Shown here piece by piece: positions 10,360-20,743 of a stretch of DNA of 64,000 bases. How positions within the stretch are numbered: position 1 is the first letter of the stretch; each line of letters begins with the position of its first letter. The notes under the pieces were generated by a model that ran no database searches, had not been told where the DNA came from, and worked only from the letters and a program-made list of their open reading frames with translations. The stretch comes from Candidatus Eiseniibacteriota bacterium (GTDB taxonomy: Bacteria > Eisenbacteria > RBG-16-71-46). The stretch is taken from contig CAVUWA010000009.1 in assembly GCA_963744995.1 (NCBI GenBank), positions 256,001 to 320,000 on the forward strand, given 5' to 3'. A program made the position numbers and the translations under genes.

Positions 10360-10956
10360 ATGACGGTGACCGCGGATCAGGTCAGAGAGCTCCGGGAGCG
10401 GACCGGGGCGGGCATGATGGAGTGCAAGAAGGCGCTCCAGGAAACGAACGGCGACTTCGACAAGGCGGTCGATGCGCTCCGCAAGGCGGGGATCGCCAAG
10501 GCCGAGAAGCGCTCGGGCCGCGACGTCGCCGAGGGGCTGGTCGAAGCCTACATCCATCCGGGCAACCGGGTGGGGGTGCTCATCGAGGTCAACTGCGAGA
10601 CCGACTTCGTCGCCCGCACCGACGAATTCGGCGCGCTGGTGCGCGACCTGGCCATGCAGGTGGCGGCGGCGGGCGCCGACTACGTCCGCCGCGAGGAGGT
10701 GCCGGCCGGGCGCCTCGACCGCGAGCGCGAGATCTACGCCGCGCAGCTCCGCGAGCAGGGCAAGCCGGAGGCCATGATCGGCAAGATCGTGGAGGGCAAG
10801 CTCAACAAGTTCTACAGCGAGATCTGCCTGCTCGAGCAGCCGTTCATCAAGGACGACAAGAAGACGATTGGCGAGCTCGTCACGGAGGCGTCCGCGAAGA
10901 CCGGCGAGAACATCGTCGTCCGCCGGTTCGAGCGTTACCAGCTCGGCCAGGACTGA
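10360..10956 (+). CDS. tsf: Elongation factor Ts (short form, 198 aa)
   Basis: [17 protein letters not shown] and [10 protein letters not shown] motifs. GGGAG RBS precedes ATG 10360. Confidence 0.97.
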   Translation: MTVTADQVRELRERTGAGMMECKKALQETNGDFDKAVDALRKAGIAKAEKRSGRDVAEGLVEAYIHPGNRVGVLIEVNCETDFVARTDEFGALVRDLAMQVAAAGADYVRREEVPAGRLDREREIYAAQLREQGKPEAMIGKIVEGKLNKFYSEICLLEQPFIKDDKKTIGELVTEASAKTGENIVVRRFERYQLGQD

Positions 10957-10960
10957 GCGC

Positions 10961-11683
10961 GTGGGCGCGCGCTACCAGCGCATCCTGCTGAAGCTCAGCG
11001 GGGAGATCCTCGCCGGCCAGGCGGGGCACGGCATCGACGAGACGGTGATGGGGACGCTCGCGGACGAGATCCGCGACGTCCACGCCCTCGGCGTGCAGGT
11101 CGGCATCGTCACCGGCGGCGGCAACATCTTCCGCGGCCTGGCGGCGAGCACCCGCGGCATGGATCGGGTCGGCGCCGACTACATGGGCATGCTGGCCACG
11201 GTGATCAACGGTCTGGCGCTGCAGCATGCGCTCGAGAAGCGCGGCATGTACACGCGGGTCATGTCGGCGATCGAGATGGCGCGGGTGTGCGAGCCCTACA
11301 TCCGGCGGCGTGCGGTGCGGCACCTCGAGAAGGGCCGCATCGTGGTGCTCGCCGCGGGGACGGGCAACCCCTACTTCACGACCGACACCGCCGCGGCGCT
11401 GCGTGCGATCGAGGTCGGCGCCGACGTGATCCTGAAGGCGACGAAGGTCGACGGGGTCTACAGCGGCGACCCGCTCATGGAGCCGGACGCGACCTTCTTT
11501 CCGAAGATCAGCTATCTGGATATCCTGAACCGTGGTCTCAAAGTCATGGACTCGACCGCGATTTCGCTGTGCATGGACAACCGTCTGCCGCTGGTCGTGT
11601 TCAACGTGGGCGAGCGCGGCAATCTGCTTCGCGTCGTTCAGGGCGAAGACGTGGGCACGCTCGTCGGGGAGAATGGAGCATGA
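10961..11683 (+). CDS. pyrH: UMP kinase
   Basis: [24 protein letters not shown] and VMDSTA motifs. Confidence 0.97.
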   Translation: MGARYQRILLKLSGEILAGQAGHGIDETVMGTLADEIRDVHALGVQVGIVTGGGNIFRGLAASTRGMDRVGADYMGMLATVINGLALQHALEKRGMYTRVMSAIEMARVCEPYIRRRAVRHLEKGRIVVLAAGTGNPYFTTDTAAALRAIEVGADVILKATKVDGVYSGDPLMEPDATFFPKISYLDILNRGLKVMDSTAISLCMDNRLPLVVFNVGERGNLLRVVQGEDVGTLVGENGA

Positions 11684-12237
11684 TCGACAAACTGCTCGTC
11701 GAAACCGAGGAACGGATGAAGAAGCAGATCGAGGCCCTGCGCCGCGAGCTGTCGGGAATCCGCTCCGGCAAGGCGTCACCTGCCCTGCTCGACACGGTGC
11801 GCGTGGAAGCCTACGGCACCACCTCGCCGATCCAGCAGGTCGGCAGCGTGAGCGCCCCCGAGGCGCGGCTGCTCGTCGTGCAGCCCTGGGACAAGTCGTT
11901 GATCAAGGCGATCACCAGGGCGATCCAGCAGTCGGATCTGGGCTTGAACCCGACCGACGACGGCGCGGTCGTGCGCATCCCGATTCCGGCCCTCACCGAG
12001 GAACGCCGCAGGGACATGGTGAAGCTGGTCGCGCGCTTCGCGGAGGAGGGACGCGTCCACATCCGTGCGGTGCGTCACGACGTCAACAAGACGATCAAGC
12101 AGCAGGAAGGCGACGGCGACATCAGCCAGGACGACTCCAAGCGCCTCCAGGGCGAAGTGCAGAAGCTCACCGACCGCTACGTGAGCGAGGTCGACGAGAT
12201 CCTCAAGAAGAAGACCGAAGAGGTCATGGAGGTCTGA
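11680..12237 (+). CDS. frr: Ribosome recycling factor
   Basis: [15 protein letters not shown] and IPALTEERR motifs. Confidence 0.97.
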   Translation: MIDKLLVETEERMKKQIEALRRELSGIRSGKASPALLDTVRVEAYGTTSPIQQVGSVSAPEARLLVVQPWDKSLIKAITRAIQQSDLGLNPTDDGAVVRIPIPALTEERRRDMVKLVARFAEEGRVHIRAVRHDVNKTIKQQEGDGDISQDDSKRLQGEVQKLTDRYVSEVDEILKKKTEEVMEV

Positions 12238-12286
12238 CGCGCACGCCGCCGGGACGCCCGGCGGCGACGCGTTCCAGGGAGGAGCC

Positions 12287-13030
12287 GTGACCGCGCGCAT
12301 TCCCACGCCGGACCAGCTGCGGCAGCGCGGCAACGTGCCGCGCCACGTGGCCATCATCATGGACGGCAACGGTCGCTGGGCGAAGAAGCGGGGCGTGCCG
12401 CGCCTGATGGGCCATCAGGCCGGGCGGGAGTCGGTGCGCGAGGCGGTGCGCGGCTGCGCCGCGCTCGGCGTCGAGATCCTCACGCTCTACACGTTCTCGA
12501 TGGAGAACTGGAACCGCCCGCGCCGCGAGGTGGATGCGCTCATGCGGATCCTGCGCGAGACCCTGCGCGCCGAGCGCGACGAGCTGCGTTCGAACGGCGT
12601 CCGCCTGCAGGTCATCGGCCGCCCGGCCGATCTGCCGGCCGCGGTGCGCGAAGTGCTCGAGGAGACCGAGGACGAGCTGGCCGGCTCGCGCGGGCTGCTG
12701 CTGAATCTCGCGCTTTCCTACAGCGGTCGCGCCGAGATCGTCGACGCGGTGCGGCGGATTCTCGTGGACCACGGCGAAAGTGCGTTCGACCCGGCGCAGG
12801 TGGACGAGGCGTTCGTGGCCAGCTACCTGTATACGGCGGGGCTCCCGGATCCCGACCTGCTGATCCGCACCAGCGGCGAGATGCGGCTGTCGAACTTCAT
12901 GCTCTGGCAGGCGGCCTACACCGAGATGTGGATCACCGACACGCTGTGGCCGGACTTCCGCAAGAGTCACCTGTACCAGGCGGTCGCCGACTACCAGAGC
13001 CGCGAACGCCGCTTCGGGCGGATCGATTGA
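12287..13030 (+). CDS. uppS: Undecaprenyl diphosphate synthase
   Basis: HVAIIMDGNGRWA, FSMENW and DLLIRTSGEMRLSNF motifs. Confidence 0.97.
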   Translation: MTARIPTPDQLRQRGNVPRHVAIIMDGNGRWAKKRGVPRLMGHQAGRESVREAVRGCAALGVEILTLYTFSMENWNRPRREVDALMRILRETLRAERDELRSNGVRLQVIGRPADLPAAVREVLEETEDELAGSRGLLLNLALSYSGRAEIVDAVRRILVDHGESAFDPAQVDEAFVASYLYTAGLPDPDLLIRTSGEMRLSNFMLWQAAYTEMWITDTLWPDFRKSHLYQAVADYQSRERRFGRID

Positions 13031-13908
13031 GCGCGCCCGACCCGCGTGGCCCTGCGGCTCCGGCGAAGTCGTCGTCGTGGATGCTCGGCCTGCGCATCGT
13101 GAGCGGGCTGCTGTTCGTGCCGCTGCTGATCCTGCTGGCCTGGGCCGGCGGCTTCGCGTTCCTGGCGTTCGTGGCGCTCGAGGTGTCGCTCGGCATCTTC
13201 GAGTTCTGCCGCATGATGCGCGGCAAGGGCTACCGTCCGTACACCCGGCTCGGACTCGTGGCGGGGCTCGGGCTGCTGTGGGTGGTGTTCCGCCCGTACA
13301 CGGCGCATGTGGACCTCATGGTGACGGGCGTGCTGGTGCTGACGCTCGCGCTCGAGCTCCGCCGCCCCGAGGCGCGGCAGCGGGTCGAAGACATCGCGGT
13401 CACCATGTTCGGCGTGCTGTACGTCGGCTGGCTCTCGGCGCACTTCGTTCTGCTGCGCGAGCTGCCCTGGCAGGCGGGCACGCCGTACGCGGACGGCGCC
13501 TCCTACGTGCTGCTCGCATTCATGATCACGTGGGGCTGCGACACCGGCGCCTACGCGTTCGGCCGGCTGTTCGGCCGCAACCGGCCGTGGGCGCGGATCT
13601 CGCCGCGCAAGTCCGTCGAGGGCGCCGCCGGCGGGCTGCTGACGGCGGTGGTCGCGGCGCAGATCGCGCGGGTCTGGTTCGCCCCGTACCTGCGCGTCGC
13701 CGACGCCGCGATCCTCGGCCTGCTGGTCGGTGTGTTCGCGCAGGTCGGCGACCTGGTGGAGTCGCTGCTCAAGCGTGACGCTGCGCATGCCGACTCGTCG
13801 GACCTGATTCCGGGCCACGGCGGGATCCTCGACCGCTTCGACAGTCTCTACTTCGGTGCGCCCGTGGTGTTCTATTACCTGAAGGTCGTCATCTTCGGGG
13901 TGCCGTGA
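13027..13908 (+). CDS. cdsA: Phosphatidate cytidylyltransferase
   Basis: DTGAY.FG, ISPRKSVEG, GDLVESLLKR and PGHGGILDRFDS motifs. Start is TTG 13027 or ATG 13081. Confidence 0.95.
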   Translation: MSAPDPRGPAAPAKSSSWMLGLRIVSGLLFVPLLILLAWAGGFAFLAFVALEVSLGIFEFCRMMRGKGYRPYTRLGLVAGLGLLWVVFRPYTAHVDLMVTGVLVLTLALELRRPEARQRVEDIAVTMFGVLYVGWLSAHFVLLRELPWQAGTPYADGASYVLLAFMITWGCDTGAYAFGRLFGRNRPWARISPRKSVEGAAGGLLTAVVAAQIARVWFAPYLRVADAAILGLLVGVFAQVGDLVESLLKRDAAHADSSDLIPGHGGILDRFDSLYFGAPVVFYYLKVVIFGVP

Positions 13909-13909
13909 G

Positions 13910-15060
13910 ATGAAGCGTCTCGCCGTGCTCGGAGCCACCGGCTCGATCGGGCGCCAGACGCTCGACGTGGCCGCGCGCGAAGCCGGGCGGGTCGTGGTCG
14001 CGGCGCTCGCGGCGGGGAGCGACCTCGACGGACTGTGCGCCCTGGCCGCGGGGCGTTCCCTCGAGGCCGTGGCGCTCGAGTCCGCGGCCGACGAGGCGGT
14101 GGCGCGCGCACGTCTCGCGGCGGCGGCGCCGGGCGCGCGGGTCGAGATCGGCCGGCACGCCGCGGCGCGGCTGGTTGCCTCCACCGACTGCAACGTCGTG
14201 GTGAACGGCATCGTCGGCGCGGCCGGACTGCGCGCCTCGCTCGCCACGCTGGAGCGCGGCGCGCGTCTCGCGCTCGCCAACAAGGAGACGATGGTGATCG
14301 GCGGCCCGCTGATCGAGGCGGCGCTGCACAGGGGAGGCGAGCTGGTGCCCGTGGACAGCGAGCACAGCGCGGCCCTGCAGTGCATGGGCGGGAGGAGCGC
14401 GGAGGAGATCGCGACGCTCACGCTCACCGCGTCGGGCGGCGCGCTGCGCGATCATCCGGACTGGCGGCGCGCGCGCCGCGAGGAGGTGCTGGCACATCCG
14501 GTCTGGGCGATGGGACCGCGCATCACGGTGGACTCGGCGCTGCTGTTCAACAAGGGCCTCGAGCTGATCGAAGCGCACTGGCTGTTCGGACTGCCGTTCG
14601 AGCGGCTCGCCGCGGTTCTGCACCCCCAGGCGATCGTGCACGCACTGGTCACGTTCCGCGACGGTTCCACGGTGCTGCAGGCGGCGGCGGCGGACATGCG
14701 GCTGCCGATCCAGCTCGCGCTGTCGTGGCCGGAACGCTGGGGGGGGCCGTCACGCCGCTGCCGGCGACCGCGCTCGGCGGGCTCGCCTTCGGCGCGATCG
14801 AGCGCGGCCGCTTTCCGGCGTTCGACGTCGCGCTCGACGCCGGCCGGGCGGGCGGCACGCTGCCGTGTGTGCTGAACGCGGCGGACGAGATCCTCGTGGA
14901 GGCCTTTCTGGCGGGCGCGATCCCGCTCGCCGAGGTGCCGGAGATCCTCGCGCGCGTCGTGCATGCCCATGCGGCCGAGCGGGTCGAATCGGTGGAGCAG
15001 CTCGAGGGCGTCGACAGGCGGGCGCGCGCGGCGGCGCGCGCCGCCGTGGAGCGCGTGTGA
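13910..15060 (+). CDS. dxr: 1-deoxy-D-xylulose 5-phosphate reductoisomerase, with an apparent -1 frameshift at the G8 run 14739-14746
   Basis: LGATGSIG, LANKE, PVDSEH, HPVWAMG and NKGLELIEA are in ORF 13910. The C-terminal RFPAF..LNAADE..V.AFL continues in the frame of ORF 14035..15060. Confidence 0.92.
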
Positions 15061-15130
15061 GTCGCCGGGCGCCGCGGCATGGCGCCGTCCGTGCCGGCCC
15101 CGCGCGCGCGGCCGTGCAGAGGAGCCGGCG

Positions 15131-16168
15131 ATGAGCGCACGGGTGCTCGCGATCCGGCCGCGTACGCTGGGCGATGTCGTGCTGCTGACCCCCGCGCTGC
15201 GCGCGCTCGCGAAAGGTCTCCCCGGGGCGGCGCTCGAGGTGGTGACCGAGCCGCGCTACGCGGCGCTGCTCGGCGCCCAGCCCGAAGTCCGGCGGGTGTG
15301 GCCGCTGCAGCGCACGCCGGCCGGCACGCTCGCGCTCATCCGCCGGCTGCGCGCACGCCGCTTCGCCGTCGCGGTGGATTTCTTCGGCAACCCGCGCACC
15401 GCGCTCATCACCCGTCTTGCGGGCGCCGCCGTGACGGCCGGCTACGACCTGCGCCGGCGCCGCGATGCCTACCGCGTGCGCGTTCCGCGCGAGATCCGTC
15501 CGGGGCCGGACCGGCGCGAATACGGAGCCGCGACCCACGTGCGGCTGGCGCTCGCCGCCGGCGGCGCGGACGACGGCGTGGCGACGCGGCTGCAGCTGCC
15601 TGACGGCGCCGATCGCACCGCGTCCGCCCTGCTGGAGCGCGCCGGAATCGCCGCGCCATCGGCGACGATCGGATTCGTGGCGGCCGGAACGTGGCCCACC
15701 AAGACCTGGCCGCTCTCGCACGCCGCGCGGCTCGCCGCGCGGCTCGCCGGCTCCGGCTACGAGGTGCTCGCCATCACCGGTCCGGGCGAGGCGCGGGTCG
15801 CCGCGGCACTCGCGCGCTTCGCACCGGCCACGCGCCTGCTGCCCGATTGCGACGTCGTCGCGCTCGCAGCGGTGATCCGCCGCCTCGGCGCGGTGGTGGG
15901 CACCGACAGCGGGCCGCGCCATCTGGCGGCCGCGTTCGGCGTCCCGACCTGGACCTGGTTCGGCCCGACCCACCCCGACACCTGGACCGCGCCGGGTCCG
16001 CACGGCTACTGGCGCACGTCGCTGCCGTGCCGGGCGTGCGACCTCACGTCGTGCCCGCACTGGAACTGCCTGCCGTCGCTCCACCCCGATGACGCGTTCG
16101 CGCGCGTGATCGCACACCTGGAGGCCCATGGAACCGCTGCCGCTCTCGGTTCTGCTGCTCGCGCGTGA
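15131..16168 (+). CDS. GT9 family (ADP-heptose:LPS heptosyltransferase-like)
   Basis: LGDVVL..P, KTWP, GTDSGPRHLAAA, FGPT and a Cys-rich C-terminus. Confidence 0.88.
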   Translation: MSARVLAIRPRTLGDVVLLTPALRALAKGLPGAALEVVTEPRYAALLGAQPEVRRVWPLQRTPAGTLALIRRLRARRFAVAVDFFGNPRTALITRLAGAAVTAGYDLRRRRDAYRVRVPREIRPGPDRREYGAATHVRLALAAGGADDGVATRLQLPDGADRTASALLERAGIAAPSATIGFVAAGTWPTKTWPLSHAARLAARLAGSGYEVLAITGPGEARVAAALARFAPATRLLPDCDVVALAAVIRRLGAVVGTDSGPRHLAAAFGVPTWTWFGPTHPDTWTAPGPHGYWRTSLPCRACDLTSCPHWNCLPSLHPDDAFARVIAHLEAHGTAAALGSAARA

Positions 16169-16883
16169 CGAGGCGGCGCGGATCGGGCCGCTGCTCGATG
16201 CGCTCGGCTTCGCGCGCGAGGTGGTGGTCGTGGTGGACGCCGCGTCGACGGACGACACGCGCGCGATCGCCGAACGCGCCGGCGCGCGGGTGTTCGTGCG
16301 CGCCATGGACGGCTTCGGCGCGCAGCGCCGCTTCGCACTCGAGCAGTGCCGCGAGCCCTGGGTGCTGTGGCTGGACGCGGACGAAAAGCTGCCGCCGCAC
16401 GCGGCGGTGCAGCTCGCCGCGGCGCTCGAGGACGACGGCGCGGCGGGCTGGCGGCTCCGCCGCGCGACCTGGTTCCTCGGGGCCAGGATCCGCTGGTGCG
16501 GCTGGCGCGACGAACGGGTCCTGCGCCTGTTCCGCCGCGAACGGGCGGCATTCGACGACCGCCCGGTGCACGAGACCGTCCGTGTGGAGGGGCCCATCGC
16601 CGACCTCGACGTCACGATCGAGCACCGCAGCTACGAGACCTGGACCGACTGCGTGGACAAAATGACGCGTTACGCGGCCGCAGGCGCCGCGCGCGCCCGC
16701 CGCGCCGGGCGCCGCGCCGGCTGGCTGGACGTGGTGGCGCGGCCGCCGCTGCGCTTCCTGCGCATGTACGTGCTGCAGCTCGGTGTGCTGGACGGCGCGC
16801 GCGGGCTCGTGCTGTGCGCGCTGGCGGCGGCGCAGGTGTTCCTCAAGTACGCCGAGCTGTGGGCGGGGACGAGGCGGCGCTGA
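16128..16883 (+). CDS. GT2 family glycosyltransferase (WaaE/KdtX-like)
   Basis: STDDT, GFGAQR..A, WLDADE and VHE motifs. Confidence 0.88.
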   Translation: MEPLPLSVLLLARDEAARIGPLLDALGFAREVVVVVDAASTDDTRAIAERAGARVFVRAMDGFGAQRRFALEQCREPWVLWLDADEKLPPHAAVQLAAALEDDGAAGWRLRRATWFLGARIRWCGWRDERVLRLFRRERAAFDDRPVHETVRVEGPIADLDVTIEHRSYETWTDCVDKMTRYAAAGAARARRAGRRAGWLDVVARPPLRFLRMYVLQLGVLDGARGLVLCALAAAQVFLKYAELWAGTRRR

Positions 16884-17950
16884 TGCGGGTGTGCTTCTTC
16901 GGTGCATGGGATCCCGGCTATCCGAGGAACCGCATCCTGCGCGAGGGCCTGCGTCGTGCCGGCGCCGAGGTCGTCGAGGCGGCCGGGCCCGAGCGCCGCA
17001 TGTTGCGCCGCTACCCGGCGCTGCTCGGCGCCTGGTTCGACCACGGGCGGGCATCCGATCTGGTGCTGGTGCCGGAGTTCCGCCACAAGGACGTGCCGCT
17101 CGCGCGGCTCCTGGCCGGGAAGCGGCCGCTGGTGTTCGATCCGCTGGTGTCGCGCTGGGACACGCTGGTCGGCGACTGGGGGCTGCACGCCGCGGGTTCG
17201 GGCCAGGCGCGCTGGAACCGCTGGATCGACCGCTGGGCGTTCACGCACTCGGACCTGGTGCTGTGCGATACGTGGGCGCACGGCGCGCTGTTCGAATCGC
17301 TCGGTGTGCCGCGCGAACGGCTGCGGCGCGTGCCGGTGGGCGCCGAAGACGCGTTCTACTCCGTGCCGCCGCCGGCGCCTTCGCGCGAGGTGCGGATCGT
17401 CTACCTCGGCGGCTTCCTGCCGCTGCACGGCGTGCCGACGATCATCGAGGCCCTGACCGCGCTCGAAAGGGAAGCGGCGCGGCTGCCCGAGTATCGTGCC
17501 GTGCTGTTCGGTCGCGGCATCGAGTGGGTCCGGGCGCGCGAGATGGCCGAGTCGGCCGCGCTCGATCACGTCGAGTTCCCGGGCAGCGTCGACTACGCGG
17601 ATGCGCCGCGCCTGATGGGGGAGGCGCACATCGTCCTCGGCGCGTTCGGCGCGGGCCCCAAGGCGGGCCGGGTGGTGCCGCACAAGGTCTATCAGGGTCT
17701 GGCGGCGGGCCGCGCGGTGGTGACCGGCGACGGCGCGGGGCTGCGCGAATTCTTCGAGCCCGGACGCGATCTGGTCGCGGTGCCGCGCGGCGACGCCGGC
17801 GCGCTCGCGGCGGCACTGACCGCGCTGCTGCGCGATCCCGAACGGCGCGACGCCATCGGCGCGGCCGGCCGCGCGCGGGCGATGGCGTTCGCGAGCGTCG
17901 AGCGGATCGGGATCACGCTGCGCGACGCGATCGCCGGGGCCGCGACGTGA
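16883..17950 (+). CDS. GT4 family glycosyltransferase
   Basis: YPRN, LCDT.AH, YLGGFLPLHG and PHKVYQGLAAG in a GT-B architecture. Confidence 0.85.
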   Translation: MRVCFFGAWDPGYPRNRILREGLRRAGAEVVEAAGPERRMLRRYPALLGAWFDHGRASDLVLVPEFRHKDVPLARLLAGKRPLVFDPLVSRWDTLVGDWGLHAAGSGQARWNRWIDRWAFTHSDLVLCDTWAHGALFESLGVPRERLRRVPVGAEDAFYSVPPPAPSREVRIVYLGGFLPLHGVPTIIEALTALEREAARLPEYRAVLFGRGIEWVRAREMAESAALDHVEFPGSVDYADAPRLMGEAHIVLGAFGAGPKAGRVVPHKVYQGLAAGRAVVTGDGAGLREFFEPGRDLVAVPRGDAGALAAALTALLRDPERRDAIGAAGRARAMAFASVERIGITLRDAIAGAAT

Positions 17951-19047
17951 AGATCGCGCAGCTCGACACCGGCCGCGACTGGCGCGGCGGCCAGGGCCAG
18001 GTCTGGCTGCTGATGCAGGGTCTGCGCGCGCGCGGGGTGACCTCGGTCCTGCACGCGCCGGAAGGTCCGCTCGCCGCGCGCGCGCGCGCGGCGGGCTTCG
18101 AGACCCGGCCCTGGAATCCGCGTGGCGACCTGGATCTCGCGGCGGGGGCCGCGCTCGCGGCGGCGCTCGGGCGCGGGCGGCCGGAGCTCGTGCACGCGCA
18201 TTCGGCGCGCGCGCACGGTGCGGGGGCCGGGGCGGCATGGCTCGCCGGGCACCGCCCGTTCGTGGTGGCGCGGCGCGTGGATTTCCGCGTGGGGCTGCAT
18301 GCCGGCAGCCGGCTCAAGTATCGCCTGCCGGTCGACCGTTACCTGTGCATCAGCCGGCCGGTGATGGAGGTCATGCGCCGGGGCGGGGTGCCCGAGTCGC
18401 GGCTCGCGCTGGTGCCGAGCGGGATCGACATGGCTGCGCTGCCGCCCGCGGACGCGCCGGTCGCGGACCTGCGCGCCGAGCTCGGGATCGCGCCGGCGGC
18501 GCCGCTGCTCGGCACCGTCGCGGCGCTCGCGCCTCACAAGGACCACGCCACGCTGCTCGCCGCGACGCCGGCGATCCTCGCCGCGGTCCCGGATGCGCAC
18601 CTGGTCTGGCTCGGCGAGGGCGAATGCCGCGGCGCGCTCGAGCGCGCGCGGCGGGCGCTCGGGCTGGAGCAGCGCGTCCACATGCCGGGGTTCCGCGCCG
18701 ACGCGAGGGCGCTGCTCCGGCAGTTCACGCTGTTCGTGCTGAGCTCGAAGCTCGAGGGCCTGTGCACGTCGCTGCTCGACGCGCAGGCCATGGGCGTGCC
18801 GATCGTGGCGACGCGCGCGGGCGGCATCCCCGACGTGATCGAGGACGGCGTCACCGGGCGGCTCGCGCCGCCGTCGCAACCGGCCGCGCTGGCCGCCGCC
18901 GTGATCGAGACGCTGGCCGATCCGGCCGGCCGTGCCGCGCGCGCGGCGGCCGCGCAGGAGAGCGTCCGCGCTTTCTCGGCCGAGCGTATGGTGGAGCGCA
19001 CGCTCGAGGTCTACCGCGCCGTCCTGGCAGAGCGGCTGCGGCCCTGA
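17947..19047 (+). CDS. GT4 family glycosyltransferase
   Basis: WRGGQ.Q, VHAH, HKDH and SKLEGLCTSLLDA..MG..IVAT..GGIPD motifs. Confidence 0.88.
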   Translation: MKIAQLDTGRDWRGGQGQVWLLMQGLRARGVTSVLHAPEGPLAARARAAGFETRPWNPRGDLDLAAGAALAAALGRGRPELVHAHSARAHGAGAGAAWLAGHRPFVVARRVDFRVGLHAGSRLKYRLPVDRYLCISRPVMEVMRRGGVPESRLALVPSGIDMAALPPADAPVADLRAELGIAPAAPLLGTVAALAPHKDHATLLAATPAILAAVPDAHLVWLGEGECRGALERARRALGLEQRVHMPGFRADARALLRQFTLFVLSSKLEGLCTSLLDAQAMGVPIVATRAGGIPDVIEDGVTGRLAPPSQPAALAAAVIETLADPAGRAARAAAAQESVRAFSAERMVERTLEVYRAVLAERLRP

Positions 19048-19265
19048 CGGGGCCGGCGCCGCGGCGGCGGCCGGGGCCCGCTCCGCGGCGGGCCCGCGGC
19101 GCCTGCCGCGCGGGCGGGTGGTCATCTGCCGCGTCCGTCGGCGGACGGGACCCGCGGGCTTTCCCCCGCATCGAAAGAAGTCGCGTCCGGAAGCGCTGAA
19201 CCGCCGGCCGTGTGCGGCCGATGGTGAATGCAGACGCCTGGGCGGCGGCCGCCTCACGGCCCCAG

Positions 19266-19294
19266 TTGACGCCCCTCCGACGGGAGGGTAGCCT
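19266..19294 (+). promoter_or_regulatory. sigma70 promoter for rseP-tamA-tamB
   Basis: TTGACG, 17 nt, TAGCCT. The spacer holds an inverted repeat CCCTCC..GGAGGG. Confidence 0.55.
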
Positions 19295-19329
19295 GCCCCA
19301 ACCATTGTCCCGCTAAGGAGTTGCCCGAC

Positions 19330-20706
19330 ATGCTGTCAACCATCCTCTGGGGCGCGCTGCTGCTCGGCGTGGTCATCTTCGTCCACGAGCTCGGCCACTT
19401 TCTGGCGGCCAAGTGGCGTGGCGTCAAGGTGCTGCGCTTCTCGCTCGGTTTCGGGCCGGCGCTGTTCGCCTTCCACCGCGGCGAGACCGAGTACCGGATG
19501 TCCTGGTTCCCGCTCGGCGGCTACGTGCAGATGGCGGGGGATACCCCGGGCGAGAACGGCGAAATGCCGCAGGGCGAGGACGAGTTCCTTTCGCATTCCT
19601 GGTACGGGCGCATCGTGATCGCGGTCGCCGGCCCGGCGGCCAATCTGGTCACCGCCTTCGTGGTGATGGTGATCGTCGGCCTGGTGGGCGTCACCTATCC
19701 CGACTACCCGAACCAGCTCGGCGCCACTCCCGACTCCAGCGTCGCCTACGCCCACGGCATGCGCGAGGGTGACCGGATCGTGGCCGTGAACGGCACGCCC
19801 GTGAGGAGCTGGGTGTCGATCTTCCTCACCAATTCGAAGACGGAGGACAGCCGCGGCGTGAGCGTCACCGCCGAGCGTGACGGCCGCACCTTCGAGATCG
19901 CGCTGGATCCCGCCGAGCGCGAGCCGTTCTTTTCCAGCCTGAGGCGCCCGTCGGATCCGCCGGTGGTCGGCGGCGTGGTGACCGGGATGCCCGCCTACAA
20001 GGCGGGGCTGCGCGAGGGGGACCGGATCCTCGCGGTCAACGGGACGCCGATCAGGACCTGGGACGACCTGCCCGCGAGTCTCGACGGCCAGGTGGACAAG
20101 CCCGTGACGCTGCAGGTGCTGCGCGGCGACGAGGCTTTTGCGGTCACCCTGAAGCCGATCGACCCCGAGGGGGGCGGCGGTGGTCAGGGGCGCATCGGCA
20201 TCGAGGCGCCGCGGCACGAGGTGTATGTCGAGCATCACGGCTTCATCGATTCCATGGAGCTCGGCTGGTACGCGACGGGGGCGCTGGTGCAGAACGTCTA
20301 TGCCGGCATGTGGCTGACGATCAGCCGGCCGCTCTATTACCGCGAATACCTGGGTGGCCCGCTGTTCATCGCTCAGGCCGCCGGGGAGCAGGCGCGCCGC
20401 GGGCTCGACTCCTACCTGCAGTTCCTGGCGATGATCAACATCGCGATCATGGCATTCAACCTGATGCCGCTGCCGCTCCTGGACGGCGGCCACATCCTGC
20501 TCGCCTTCCTGCAGGCCGTGCGGCAGAAGGCGCTGTCGGCGCGCGCCTACATGCGTTTCCAGCAGACCGGCCTCGTCGTGATCGGCGCGCTGTTCATCTT
20601 CATTCTGGCCAATGACCCGCTGCGGCTGATCCAGCGCCAGCGGGCCCTCGATCAGACTCCGCAAGCGGCTCCCACGGAGGAGACGGTTGCACCTCACACG
20701 CCGTAG
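19330..20706 (+). CDS. rseP: RIP metalloprotease RseP
   Basis: HELGH, two PDZ domains and FNLMPLPLLDGG. AAGGAG RBS lies 9 nt before ATG 19330. Confidence 0.95.
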   Translation: MLSTILWGALLLGVVIFVHELGHFLAAKWRGVKVLRFSLGFGPALFAFHRGETEYRMSWFPLGGYVQMAGDTPGENGEMPQGEDEFLSHSWYGRIVIAVAGPAANLVTAFVVMVIVGLVGVTYPDYPNQLGATPDSSVAYAHGMREGDRIVAVNGTPVRSWVSIFLTNSKTEDSRGVSVTAERDGRTFEIALDPAEREPFFSSLRRPSDPPVVGGVVTGMPAYKAGLREGDRILAVNGTPIRTWDDLPASLDGQVDKPVTLQVLRGDEAFAVTLKPIDPEGGGGGQGRIGIEAPRHEVYVEHHGFIDSMELGWYATGALVQNVYAGMWLTISRPLYYREYLGGPLFIAQAAGEQARRGLDSYLQFLAMINIAIMAFNLMPLPLLDGGHILLAFLQAVRQKALSARAYMRFQQTGLVVIGALFIFILANDPLRLIQRQRALDQTPQAAPTEETVAPHTP

Positions 20707-20743
20707 GCCGTGCCTGCCGGCGTCCGGGGGGAAGGCGGCTCGG

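Noticed and set aside
10360..10956. Short EF-Ts as a possible truncation
   Set aside because: The roughly 200-aa form is an established variant (e.g. Thermus, cyanobacteria) and it ends normally.
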